A DNA stretch of 45,743 bases from Vicugna vicugna (GCA_013265495.1 MU062907.1:3702305-3748047), one strand, 5' to 3'. Counted from the stretch's first letter, positions 1 to 11,320 are shown. Notes: generated by a model from the sequence alone, not told the origin. A program made the numbers and translations.

Positions 1-96
1 TTTCTTTGGGAAAAATGGGAGGAATTACCTTGCATTTGGATGTATATGAAACATAAGAAATATCTGTGGATTAATATAGAGAAAATGTCACATGTC

Positions 97-114
97 ATAT
101 ATATATATATATAT
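97..114. repeat. (AT)9 microsatellite
   Basis: Direct reading. Confidence 0.95.
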
Positions 115-549
115 CTGAGAGAGAGATTAGATGTGATTGTGCCTGGCTTTGCCTGATTTATTGATTCCATTTTTAAAATACTGTCAGAAAACATTCTGTA
201 GAATATTACCATCTGTATTAAGTGTCTGAACTTACTAAAACCATTAACCAGCCTATAAATTCATTGTTCACATACTACCCAGCATATCTTCTATTAAAAA
301 TAAACCCCTGTCTATTTCCTAATTCACTTTAGCTTAGAGCTAGTTTAACTCTTAGACCTCAGTCCTGACTTCCATGATCACTGTAAGGGGTCGTTGCCAA
401 AAGCCTGGGAAGAGTCATTTCCCCTGTTGGCATTTGGGTTTCCCTGTTTATGTAAAAAGGGTGATGTGGTATGCCCTGATTACTGCGAGGGTCTGATGCC
501 CTGCAAGTGAACCGAGAGGATGGCACTCGGTCAAGTTTTCTTTCCTCAC

Positions 550-550
<1 letters not shown>

Positions 551-592
<42 letters not shown>

Positions 593-602
593 TACACATA
601 CA
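551..602. repeat. Compound (TG)(TA)n(CA)n microsatellite
   Basis: Direct reading. Confidence 0.95.
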
Positions 603-639
603 TTAAAAAAATTAACCTGAAGCATACAAAGCATGTATT

Positions 640-716
640 CAGGAAGGGAGGGAGGGGAGACAGAAGAAGGAAGGAGAAACGGGAGGGAGGAAAGGAAGAA
701 AGGAGGGAGAGAAGAC
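640..716. repeat. GA-rich polypurine low-complexity tract
   Basis: AGGAAGGGAGGGAGGGGAGACAGAAGAAGGAAGG... Confidence 0.9.
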
Positions 717-1479
717 ACAGTTAAGAAATTATTCTGAAACCTGTAGTATAAAGGCTGTGGATTTCTCAGACCCTTTGTCCCTCACTTTATCTCTGTTGAC
801 TTTGGTTGCTTCATTCATGGCCGCATAGCTGGGAGAGGACGGGCTGGAGGATTCCTCATATTTCTTCTGGGTTTACAGACCTCAGTTTTCCATGAATCTA
901 ATATTCCTTTTTCAGACACTGCTCATGGAAACTTTGTTGGAGGTCAGGGTCTGGCCTTCACTTGCATGGAGTATTGTAATGGCCATGTGAGCCACCATAG
1001 AAGAAATGGGTCATCCAGTGAATGAAACCTTCTCGTTAAATGACATAACTGTGTACTCATTTAGTCATTAAAAAAAATTTCTATGTAGTTTTCAAAAGAG
1101 TTTGAGTCACTGCTTAGGGCATAATAAAAGATAGGGAAGAGTGCCAATTTTAAAACAATATTTTATCTACAAAGGGAGAATAACTAGGTTTAAAGCCCAG
1201 TGCTGAATGGGTCTCTGCGTTCATCCTAACGATGATTGGAACTCAGCCTGATGTCAAGCACTATTATCCATGCATCATAGAAGGCAAAAGTAAGGCATTG
1301 AGGGGTTGAGAAAATTGTCTAGTTAGAGCAAGGATCAAGTGTTTCCGACCATGGGGTCACACTCTAAACCACAGGAAGTCCTAGGCTAGATGGACTATGT
1401 CTGATTCTGAACATTTAAAATTATATTTTCAAGCCACAAAGGTGGAAAAAAATAATCTAAGTTCAAATTTTTTTTTTCT

Positions 1480-1790
1480 AGGAATAAAAAGAGTAGAAAT
1501 TTACCCCCAGATTCAGTTCCTAGCTGACATGGGAATACACCTCACTGTTGGGGTAATGAAAGTTAAAGATGCCATAAAGAGGAGCCTCCAAATGTTGACT
1601 GCTTGGTGGGAGCCTTGTGGACAAAGATCCTGCAGAAGTTTCCTTCTGCAGAGCATGGAAACAAGTGTGCCACGTGTGTGCAGAACAGGAGAGTTTGTGG
1701 ACATGGCTGAGGGTGATGGAGAAGAGTTGATTGAGGATCGTGGGGAGGAACGGATGGCAAAAGTCTCAGGAACTTTGGTGATACCGGTTA
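1480..1790 (-). mobile_element. Degenerate L2 fragment
   Basis: Purine-rich pattern typical of antisense L2 (GAGTTTGTGGACATGGCTGAGGGTGATGGAGAAGAG). Confidence 0.4.
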
Positions 1791-2554
1791 AAAAAAAAAA
1801 AGGTGAAGATTGTGTTAAAGAATTTTACCAAGTTACCTGAGACCTCTGTTAATTTAATAAAACACTTGAATGAGTGACACCAGAGCCTGGCATTTTTCAT
1901 CCGCAACCATTCAGCAATGGAAGAACGTCTTTCTATGGAGAAGCTGACTTCTCGTTGGCTCTGTACCAAGTAAAGAACAGCGAGTCGCAAAGGAAATAAA
2001 GCAATCTTTATCTTCTCCCTGGAAAGCCCCCTGTTTCCCCTCGGGCCTCTCCCTCTGGTCCTTGGCAGCCTCCTTCAGAGCTGGTCCTTCCTCTTCTCAC
2101 TGTGGAGCTCACTGGCTCTTTCCGCTGAGGCCCTCACCATGTTGCAACGTGACCGCTTCGGGTGTATAGACCATTTAATCTCTTTCCTCCACCTGGCCTC
2201 TCAGTTTGTGTTCTGTTTCAGGGCAGCCCACGGTCTCTGCCATCATTCTGGTGGCCCTGGGGGCCCAGCCACTTTCCTCCTGAAACTTACATTACTACCT
2301 CATTATTACTGAGATTCAGAATAGAGTTGACTTTTGTAACCATGTAATCCTACCTGTATAGATGGGTTGAGGTTCTATAAGGGTCGCTTAAAATTTATGT
2401 TATGTTTTACTAAATTTTATTGGAGGGAAATACGTTTTACTGACATTCATAAATGTTGGAGTCTATAAATGTGTTGAACTCTATCTGTAAGACAAAATTC
2501 TGGAGCCTCTAACATACCATATGTAGATGGTATATTGTCACTGTGAAAACTCTA

Positions 2555-2770
2555 CACTTAACTTCCTCTCTCGAACTTCTGTTTCAGCATCTCTAACTGC
2601 CTCCTCAGCATGTTGACTTGGCTGTCCCATTTTTCTGTTTAAGCGTGCTTAGCTAAAAATTTCCCCCACAAACCACCGCTCAGATCACCCGTTTTTCCAA
2701 TGTTTATCTTTTAAATGAAAAGTAGGTTAGGAGTCATCTTTTTACACGTCCCGAGCAATCTTCTCACTTT
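2555..2770 (+). mobile_element. L2 fragment
   Basis: CTAACTGCCTCCTCAGCATGTTGACTTGGCTGTCCCA...GGAGTCATC resembles the L2 3' region. Confidence 0.55.
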
Positions 2771-2799
2771 CCCCTCAGTAGTTTGGGCTCTGGGGTCAC

Positions 2800-3010
2800 C
2801 CTTCCTGGATTAAAACCCCAGCTTGACGACTTAGTGCCTGTCCTACAACAGGCTTTCCATTTTACTTCTTTGAGTCTCAGTTTCCTGGAGTCCAAAACAG
2901 TGCCCATCTCACGGAGCTGTGAGAATTAAAAGGAGTCACTCATGTAAATACCTTAGTGCATGCTTAGCACATGGAGAACTCAGTATTTGCCACCATCATT
3001 ATTATTATCT
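2800..3010 (+). mobile_element. MIR SINE
   Basis: CTCAGTTTCCT core, then GTGAGAATTAAA, CATGTAAA...CTTAG...GCACAT and a CATTATTATT tail. Confidence 0.75.
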
Positions 3011-3294
3011 TTGTCAGCATCACCGTCATCATCACTGCCCCTGCCCCATCCTTGCACTCATTGTACTCACTGGATAATTTTTGCCTCTTACTTCCCAGAG
3101 GAAATTGAGGCTATCAGGTATGAAATTCCTCAACTTTTCCTACCACCTCAAATGTGGCTGCATCCCCACCCATTTTTCCTCTCTCCTTTCGTTACAGACA
3201 AAGGTGTTCCCCTTTCCATGGCTTATCCTCCTTCTCTTGGCCATGTGCTCTTTGCTACCCTCCTCAGGCCATAAAATCAGCCCCTCTTAGAGAT

Positions 3295-3535
3295 GGAGGG
3301 CAGTGGGAGTGAATGACTGGGCTTTGGAATCGAACAGAGCTGGTGTCAATCTTGGCTATCCTTTTCCTGGCTCTATGACCAGCTTCTTCATCGGTAAAAC
3401 AGAGATGATGACTCCATGACTCTGTGACTCTAGGTCATGGAGTCTGGGGGAGAATTTGATGAGATAATGACCATAAAGCCTGAGGCTCAGTGTCTGGCAC
3501 AGAGTAGGACCTGAATAAATGGCAGCTTTTTATTT
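3295..3535 (+). mobile_element. MIR SINE
   Basis: GGCTTTGGAATC...CTTCATCGGTAAAACAGAGATGATGA...CAGTGTCTGGCACAGAGTAGG...TGAATAAATGGCAGC. Confidence 0.75.
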
Positions 3536-4459
3536 TCATTGTTAACATCTGTTAGTGCTGCCAGCCCAGTGCCTCTCCTTGCCAGCCTCATGCCACTGTG
3601 CATTACATGGTGTAGGTGCTTGAGAAACATTTGTTCTAGTGGTGGTGGTGAATGATGAATTATTAGCCATGATAAGTTGGCTCTGGCTGGGACTCAAGAT
3701 TGCTGACTCCCCAGAGAGCTGCCTGATATCACCATCACAGCACCGGAAACCAGCGTTCATGCAGTAGGGGGATGCTCCAGGCAAAATCATTATAATTCTG
3801 CGAGGATTTGGCCCCAAACCTAAGGTAGCCTCCTGTTGAACTAGACTGGACCAGGCAGAGGAACACTTTTTCTCTGGCTACACACAAGCGCAAAGCTTAG
3901 AACCCAAGGACAGCAGCAATCTCCCTGTTCTTTCCCCGAGGACCACACTTCAATCCACTTGAGAGAAAAACAACCTTATAGAAACACAGTTAAGAAAAAG
4001 AAAGGGTCCAGAGACCTTCCTCCTGAAGGCCCACGGAAGGCAGTATTGGCTTGGGAAGAATGTCTTCTCCTAATTAGAAGATGCCCAGATCTGCCTCGTC
4101 TCATCAGTCACGTGGAGGAAGGAGTCCCATGAGTCAAGCCCTAGCTGGCATTCCCAGAACACTTAATGCATAGAAAAATTATTTTTAAAAAACCTCAATA
4201 TTTTCAAAGGAGACCCCAAGGAGGGAAAGTAGGCAGAGGTGGTGTGGGACTGAAGATTGTTGGCAAGAGGCAAGAGAGGCAGGGCCTTTAGGGATGTGAT
4301 GCAGCAGCAGTTCTGAGGAAGATTGGGACCCTTAGGAAGGTCAATATCCTTAGCATAAATGTAGATTTCTTTGAATATCTTTAAACTTAATTCTCTGTAC
4401 AGTCCTATAGAAATCCCCAAGCAGATACATACGTGATGGTGTCATGTCAAAATGTGTTC

Positions 4460-4570
4460 GTCTGTTTATTGATTTATTGAGCTTGTACTATGTGCCAAGC
4501 TTCATACTAGGTTCCAGGGATAAATGAATGGAATATGGCCTCTGCTCTCAAGTTGTCCGACAAGACAGGC
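4460..4570 (-). mobile_element. L2 3' end
   Basis: TTTATTGAGCTTGTACTATGTGCCAAGC...CTAGGTTCCAGGGATA...CTCTGCTCTCAAG is the reverse L2 3' terminus. Confidence 0.7.
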
Positions 4571-6440
4571 ATTCTAAACTTATCTTAGGAAAGCTGATAC
4601 AGCTCACAAGTATGTCAACCACGTAACAGAAAACGACCATTCTTGTGCCTGGAGTAACAGCTGGGAGATGCATATTTTGGATTTCTTTTTATCCCAAATT
4701 TGGTCATTTGACTTTATTACAGAATTCACTTGGGTGTTTCATTTTTGCTAAGCCAATGTTGGCTGTTTGGTGAGAGTGGCAGGATCAGGTGACTGTAGAA
4801 ATCTCCTTACACCAAGCCCACATGTTCCTAGTCTTCGGCTAGCCAAACTCCCACTGAGCTGTTTGGCTATTTAAAGAATTCTGAAGTTATTCCTCCCTAG
4901 AATTTCTCTTAGGTGCTGTTTTGAATCCCAACTGCACAAAATCCCAGAGGTAATTAATCAACGAGTCCTAAACACAAAAGCTTGACAGAGAATTCACTAA
5001 TAATCATGCTGGAGGGTATGTGAGGGACCATATTAATGGCTTTGGACCCCTGGACTTCCACATCAGAACCAGCTGGATTGAAGGTGCTTATCAAAAATCC
5101 ACTTTGTCATCTTCCGGTCATATATTTTGTAAGGATTGCTTAAGCTTAATCACTGTCTTATGACATCATACGATTAGATTGGAACTTGACTCTGTAAACC
5201 TGACCTTCTTCCATGGAAGGGAAGAAGGAAAAAGAGATTTTCTTTGGCGGGAGTGGGGTGGGGGTGCAGTCACTAAGCCTTTTAAGGCAGAAATGACCAT
5301 CCCTTTCTGTTTAGAAATCAGAAATTTGACTCTATAATTGGATTTGCTATTCCAATATTACCTAAAACAAATGCTTGTCCATGGCTTCAAGTTTCTTTTT
5401 CTCTTTGTTCTATGCATGGCATTTAATGAAGGTGGTCACATGCAGACTCTGATTTCACAAAGAAATGCGCGATGCTCAGCAACAGCCCTGTCACAACACA
5501 CTCAGGCTGTCACCCTGATACAGAAGACCTTCTCCAAGAAGCCCTTCTGGCATGCAACCTTCTGAACTCGTCAAGTGAAAGTGGTCAGAAGAGTGGCTGC
5601 CCGCTGATAAGGCAGGTCTCAGCTATTTCTCTCTCCTTCCTCCTCTCTTCCCGCAGAGTGTCTGAGGCCAGCCGGGCTGACATCCGGCGTCCCTTCCAAC
5701 TATGAGGGTCAATGATTCTGTTACAGGCTTTGCCTCCATGGTTCATGCAACTGGGGAGCAAGGGGTTACTTTTGTGACATTCTCTGTGGCTAGAAAGTCT
5801 CAAACTGACACTGAGATTCATAGACTGATCTGGCTGTGACGAAATCTTTCTTATAAAACCACATTCGCGCTCACAACCCTGCCCAGGTATTCATCATCTT
5901 GTAATAGTCACTTTCCAAGTTCAATCCTGCAGCTCTCCAGGGAAGCTTCTGGTGGTGGTCACTCAGAAAGGGAATGTGCGTTGCTCCTTCAAAATCGATG
6001 GACGCTGCATTCTACAGATAAGGTGGCTATATTTTCTTAATGGAAAAAAAGGAGACATGTTTTGCCTGTCCTTCTTAGGAAAAGGACAGAACATTTGAAA
6101 TTGGAACCATCCTAGGAAATCTAAAAATATTAGAGGATTCACGCAACGTTTAGGGAAAATACAGAATAGTCAGAGTACAGGCTAGTCCACTAGTACAGAG
6201 CAGTCCATCACTCTATGCTTGAATTATGTGTATAATTGTACAGTCAAGGTTTTATACAGGCATACCTTGGAGATATTGCAGGTTTGGTTCCAGACCACCG
6301 CAATAAAGCAAATGTTGTGATAAATATCTCAGTGCGTGTAAAATTTATATTTACTCTATACTGTAGTCTGCTTAGACATAAAGGCGTTATGCCTTAAAAA
6401 AAAACAATGAACACACCTTAATTTAAAAATACTTTATTTC

Positions 6441-6644
6441 TAGGGGAAGGGTATAACTCAGTGGTAGAGTACATGCTTAACATACATGAGATCCTGGGTT
6501 CAATCTCCAGCACCTCCATTAAAAATAAAGAAATATTATGCTATACACCAGAAATTGACACATTCTAACTGACTATATACTTCAATTATAAATAAATAAA
6601 CCTACTTACTTCCCCTGCAACAAAATTTTTTAAAAAAATTTAGA
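6441..6644 (+). mobile_element. Camelid tRNA-derived SINE (Vic-1 type)
   Basis: GGGGAAGGGTATAACTCAGTGGTAGAG (A box)...GGTTCAATC (B box)...CTCCATTAAAAATAAA...CCTACTTACTTCCCC; perfect 17-bp target-site duplication TAAAAATACTTTATTTC at 6424-6440 and 6645-6661. Confidence 0.9.
6536..6600 (+). mobile_element. Extreme 3' end of a young L1 inside the SINE's A-rich linker
   Basis: TGCTATACACCAGAAATTGACACATT...ACTATATACTTCAATT plus A-rich tail matches the reverse complement of the L1 3' ends at about 10710 and 44350 in this window. Confidence 0.75.
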
Positions 6645-6742
6645 TAAAAATACTTTATTTCCCCAAAATGCTAGCCATCATCTGAGCTTTCAGCAAGTCA
6701 TAATCTTTTTGCAATGGTAACATCACTATATAATATAATAAC

Positions 6743-6880
6743 NNNNNNNNNNNNNNNNNNNNNNNNNNNNNNNNNNNNNNNNNNNNNNNNNNNNNNNNNN
6801 NNNNNNNNNNNNNNNNNNNNNNNNNNNNNNNNNNNNNNNNNNNNNNNNNNNNNNNNNNNNNNNNNNNNNNNNNNNNNNNN
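6743..6880. other. Assembly gap (138 N)
   Basis: N run inside the Tigger element. Confidence 1.
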
Positions 6881-6999
6881 AAAAAAGCAATAAAGCAAAG
6901 TGTAATAAAAAGAGGTTTGTCCTATCCTATCCACCATCTCAGCATCCAACTACATGGAGTCTCAGCTGTTTAGACAAATCAGAAGTAGTAATGGCAAGA

Positions 7000-7130
7000 G
7001 AGTGAGTTTGAATCCAAGTTTCCCCAGTGCATGAAGTCAGGGCAATTTATTTAGCCTTTCAAACCTCAACTTTATCCGTCAAATGGGAAAATGAATGCCA
7101 CCTTTCAGAGGGAGGTTCAGATTAAGTGCA
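7000..7130 (+). mobile_element. MIR fragment
   Basis: GTTTGAATCC...GGGCAATTTATTTAGCCT...CCTCAACTTT..CCGTCAAATGGG. Confidence 0.55.
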
Positions 7131-8019
7131 AAATGGCAGACACCGAGAGGTGACACTGAAAGGGACTCGGGGTCCTGAGGTTACTCCTCAGCCCATATGA
7201 ACATGTGCGCGGAGTCCCAGAGACGTGCTTCACGGCTCCTCGTGGAGCTGAAGTCAAAGCAACTTGAAATCTATTCATTTTCTTCATTGAAATAATTGCA
7301 CCTCTTTGAGTGTCTTGGTTTTCCCTCTGAGCTGCTTTCCAGATCTGGGTGTCTTGTGAGGCGTGAATGGCAGCTTATCTTGCTGAGAGTGTGGAATAAA
7401 ACCTTAGCAGCCCCTGGTGTTAAAGGGCTCGACTTATCTCAGCGAGGTGGCAGAGCGCCCTGGCTGGGTTCGCTTCTTTGTCTTCGCGCTCCGTTCGGTT
7501 GCTTAGTGCAGCTGTCAGACACCTCTAGGGACCCTAAGAGCACGCTGGTGGACAGTCTATACCACCCCCAGGACATCCTAGGTCAGTGGGCATTTTCATT
7601 TTTAGCATTTATGCCTTAAGAAGCACATGCCGAAAAAGATTTGGTTAGCTTTAAAGAACAATGAACATGTGAATTAAGATGCAGATAACGTAATCTGCTG
7701 TGACACGGAAAACTTGTCTCACTCCATGAAGAATTGCGTTTCGGAAAGGGGCTTAAGTGTAACAGACTCGATGTAAAGTGTAATCGGGAGCTCTCTGTTC
7801 CAAGGAACCCTCCGTGAAACTTTTTTCTAACGCTAATAATAATGACACTATTTTGCTACTTCGGAATTTGATAATGTCAATTTACACACTTAAAAAAATA
7901 TACGAGCTGTCTTTGTCTGGTCTTTTGAGCAAAGGGGGTTAGGATAATCATTTATCTCCTTGTTATCCTCTAGGGTTGGCGATAGCACAGGAGGCACCAG
8001 TTCTCAGGGTGAAGGAAGC

Positions 8020-8640
8020 CCTCTTCCCAGGACTTCTTTCTCCAAAAAACCTCTCTATCACCAAGACAGAAGTTCAAAATTGTTCTTTCATAGTAAGCCT
8101 TTAATCTGTCTGGATTTGATTTTTGCATAACGAGTGAAGTAGACAACATTCCAACAGATACTCGCAGCACCATTTATCAAATCATCTATCTTCCTGTTCA
8201 TCCGTGATCCAGCTCGTATATGTCAATGTTTTATGTTTGTGTGAGGCTTCCCCCAGATTCTTTCCTGCTTTATTGATCTCTTCCTACAACACAACACTGT
8301 CTTGATTATTACTGATTTTTAATAAGTCTTGATATTTGGTAAGAAAAGTCTCATCTAACTCTCCAAGGATATCCTAGCTATTCTTAACCCTTTGCCTCTG
8401 CATAAAAATTTCAGGATCACCTTTTCAAGTTCAGTTAAAAGTCTTCTAGGATTATGATCGAGATTTTATAGAATCTATATATTGATCTGGGGATTACTGA
8501 CATCTTTGTTATATTGTCTTCTTATTCATGGACTTAGAAAGTTGCTGCATTTATGTATATATCTCCTTTCCTGTCTTTCAGTAAGGTTTTTGTTTTTTGC
8601 TCCTGAATACCGTGCTTTACATGGGTTGAATCATTTATTA
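8020..8640 (-). mobile_element. Old L1 (L1M type) ORF2 3' fragment
   Basis: CAGCACCATTTAT, CACTGTCTTGATTATT, AAGTCTTGATATTTGGTAAG and GAATCTATATATTGATCTGGGG are antisense L1 ORF2 motifs. Confidence 0.75.
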
Positions 8641-8859
8641 TAGAGTTGTGTGAGCCGACATAATACTTTAAAACAGAGTTTGATTTCCAGCCTAAACTAT
8701 GCCTTTTGTCTAGAAGACTGTCTCCTGCTCTGTTGCAGATCCTGGGAATGAATGGGGACAGCAGCAGAAGGGAGAGCCTTCAAGCCTCAAGCACTTTCCA
8801 TAGTTAACCAGCACAAGCGTTGGCAAGGAGATAGAACAAATACTCCTGCTGGGACGAAC

Positions 8860-9440
8860 AGAATTGGGAAAAACCATTTGGGGAGACAATTTGGCAATAC
8901 GATCATTCATAGTAACACTGTACATAATGAGGAAAAAAATAATCCAAGTGTCTCTCGACAGTATAATGGACAAATAAACCTTTATTTATTTGTAAGGTTG
9001 ATAACTATGCAGTAATAAAATCAACGGACTACAGCTATATGCATTGACATGTGTGCATCCAGAACCTTCTTTTGAGTGCAAAAAAGCAAGTCATACAAGA
9101 AAGCATGAAGCATGATTCAATTTATATGTAAATTAATATAAGCAAAACTATATATTTTTAGGGAATAGTTCATACGTAGTAAAATCATAAAAAATGTAAC
9201 AGATTGGTTAGCAGAAAATTTAGTCTGGTTGTTACCTCTTTTGGGGAGAAGGAGATGAACTGGGAAGAGTTACACTGGAAGTTATAAAGGTATTGGTCTT
9301 TTCTACTTTTTAAACTGGATGGTGCGTAGATGGGTGTCTCTGTTTTATAATTGTCTTCAAACTTTTTATATATTTTATATGAACACTTTGTGTGATGGTA
9401 CACTGCATAGTAAAATTTTAGAAGAATAATAAATTAATTC
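8860..9440 (+). mobile_element. Old L1 (L1ME-like) 3' UTR
   Basis: CAATTTGGCAATA, AATGGACAAATAAA, AAAAAAGCAAGTCATACAAG, ATGATTCAATTTATAT, GGTTGTTACCTCTTTTGGGGAG. Confidence 0.75.
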
Positions 9441-9639
9441 TTCGAAAACTTCTTTACTGAATGTTATATAATAGTATATAAACAAATCTAGATGTCTATG
9501 GTAGATGTCTCAAGAAAATCCATGCCTATTTAAATAATGGTTATTTATTTTAAAGGGCATTTATGCTTTTATGATATTACCGTAAGTAATCTCAGGAAGA
9601 AGACATTTGAATGTTTGCTCTCATTTTTCCTTGCATGAC

Positions 9640-10280
9640 GTTTTATTAACTACTACGTAGCAAGTAAGCTCTAGGCACTATATAACATATCATGGAACAA
9701 AACTAGGATCCTCACCATCCTGGAACACATGTTCTAGCTAGGGAGCGAAGATTGGATGGCAGAGAGACAGATCAAAAGCAATGAGCAAACTATATTAGTA
9801 AGTTGTATCTTCTGTTGGGAGGTGATAAGTAACCACTGGAGCAGGGCAGGTAGGTTCAGGATTGCTTGACGGGCTGCAGTTTTGAACAGGGTGGTCGGGG
9901 TAGGCTTCATTGAGGTTACCTCTGAGCAAAGACTTGAAAGAGGTGAGAGAATGACCGTGTGGATTATCGGGGGAAGGTTGTTTCAGGTGGAAGGAACAAT
10001 TGAAGCAAAGACCCTAAGATGGGAACACGCATGGGGTGTTTAAGGATTAGCAGGGAGGCTACTGGAGCTGGAGTGGACTTAGCAAGTGGCAGTGACGTCA
10101 GAGAGGCATTGGAGGGTCTCGGGGACTTTCACGAGACTTCATCCTTTTCTCTGAGTGAGGAAAGGAGTGATGATCCAGTGTGGGATCAAAACCTGGCTTC
10201 CATAGTAAGGACAGACTGTTAGGAGGTGAAGGCAGAATCGGTTAGTAGCCTGTCACTACAATCCAGGTAAGAGGCTACGC
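9640..10280 (-). mobile_element. L2 element
   Basis: TCTGAGCAAAGACTTGAAAGAGGTGAG, CAGGTGGAAGGAACA..GCAAAGACCCTAAG, GGAGGCTACTGGAGCTGGAGTGG, AATCCAGGTAAGAG. Confidence 0.8.
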
Positions 10281-10699
10281 GACCCAGACAGTCTCCACGT
10301 ATTTCTGAGACTGGTGGTATTCATGGGGAACAAATGTTACTGCAGCATCCTGCATTCTTCTTGAACCCGCATTTCAAGTCAGCACGTATATGAACAAATG
10401 CTGTCAAGCTTAGAATACCTTGGCAGTTGCATTTGAAATCTAAATATTCAGTGTCTTTACATTTCAATAGAATTGTTAAGTTTTCCTTTACTACTTTAAA
10501 AACTAATGATTCCATTCTGCCCAACGGAATTAGGCAATTTTATTATTAATTAATAGTTGTAAAGACTATGTGGCAACATGAAAAACCCTTAAGATGGAAT
10601 GTTCAGCAAAAAAAACCAAGAGGCAAATTATGCATTTGTACAGTCTGACTGTTAAAATAAAAAGATCTATGACCTTCTAATTGTTCCAGACCACCAACT

Positions 10700-11320
10700 C
10701 TTTTTTTTAAATTGAAGTATAGTTGATTTACAATGTTGTGTTAGTTTCTGGTGTACAGCATAGTGATGCAGGTGCCCCCANNNNNNNNNNNNNNNNNNNN
10801 NNNNNNNNNNNNNNNNNNNNNNNNNNNNNNNNNNNNNNNNNNNNNNNNNNNNNNNNNNNNNNNNNNNNNNNNNNNNNNNNNNNNNNNNNNNNNNNNNNNN
10901 NNNNNNNNNNNNNNNNNNNNNNNNNNNNNNNNNNNNNNNNNNNNNNNTTTCAAATTAGAGTTTTCTCCAGATATATGCCCAGGAGTGGGATTGCTGGATC
11001 ATATAGTAACTATTTTTAGTTGTTTAAGGACTCTTCATACTGTTTCCCATAGAAGCTGCACCAATTTACATCCCCACCAGCAGTGTACGATGGCTCCCTT
11101 TTCTCCACACCCTCTGCAGCATTTATCACTTACGGACTTTTTAATGATGGCCATTCTGACTGGTGTGAGCTGATACCTCATGGTAGTTTTGATTTGCATT
11201 TCTCTGATGGTTAGTGATATTGAGCATCTTTCCACGTGCCTATTGGCCGTCTGTAGGTCTTGGAGAAATATCTGTTTAGGTCTTCTGCCCATTTTTTGAT
11301 TGGGTTGTCTGCTTTTTGTT
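10700..11320 (-). mobile_element. L1 3' fragment (ORF2 C-terminus and 3' end), spanning a gap
   Basis: Poly-T then AATTGAAGTATAGTTGATTTACAATGTTGTG; minus-strand ORF 11035-11292 encodes the L1 ORF2p Cys-rich tail ([24 protein letters not shown]...KC...[16 protein letters not shown]). Confidence 0.92.
10781..10948. other. Assembly gap (168 N)
   Basis: N run inside an L1. Confidence 1.

Larger units (their letters stand above)
6257..6924. mobile_element. Tigger1-derived non-autonomous DNA transposon (TcMar-Tigger), interrupted by a SINE and a gap
   Basis: TA|CAGGCATACCTTGGAGATATTGCAGGTTTGGTTCCAGACCACCGCAATAAAGC is the Tigger1 terminal inverted repeat; the reciprocal end GCAATAAAGCAAAGTGTAATAAAAAGAGGTTTGTCC is at about 6887-6922. 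Confidence 0.85.

Noticed and set aside
359-718. 119-aa minus-strand ORF
   Set aside because: Translation of microsatellite and polypyrimidine sequence (VCVCVYIYIY, SSLPPFF).
1397-1840. 147-aa ORF
   Set aside because: No recognisable domain, crosses poly-T and poly-A runs and overlaps a degenerate antisense L2; a chance ORF.
11035-11292. ORF with a zinc-knuckle-like C-terminal motif
   Set aside because: A frameshifted L1 ORF2p remnant, not a host gene; the same holds for 34363-34578 and 35193-35402.
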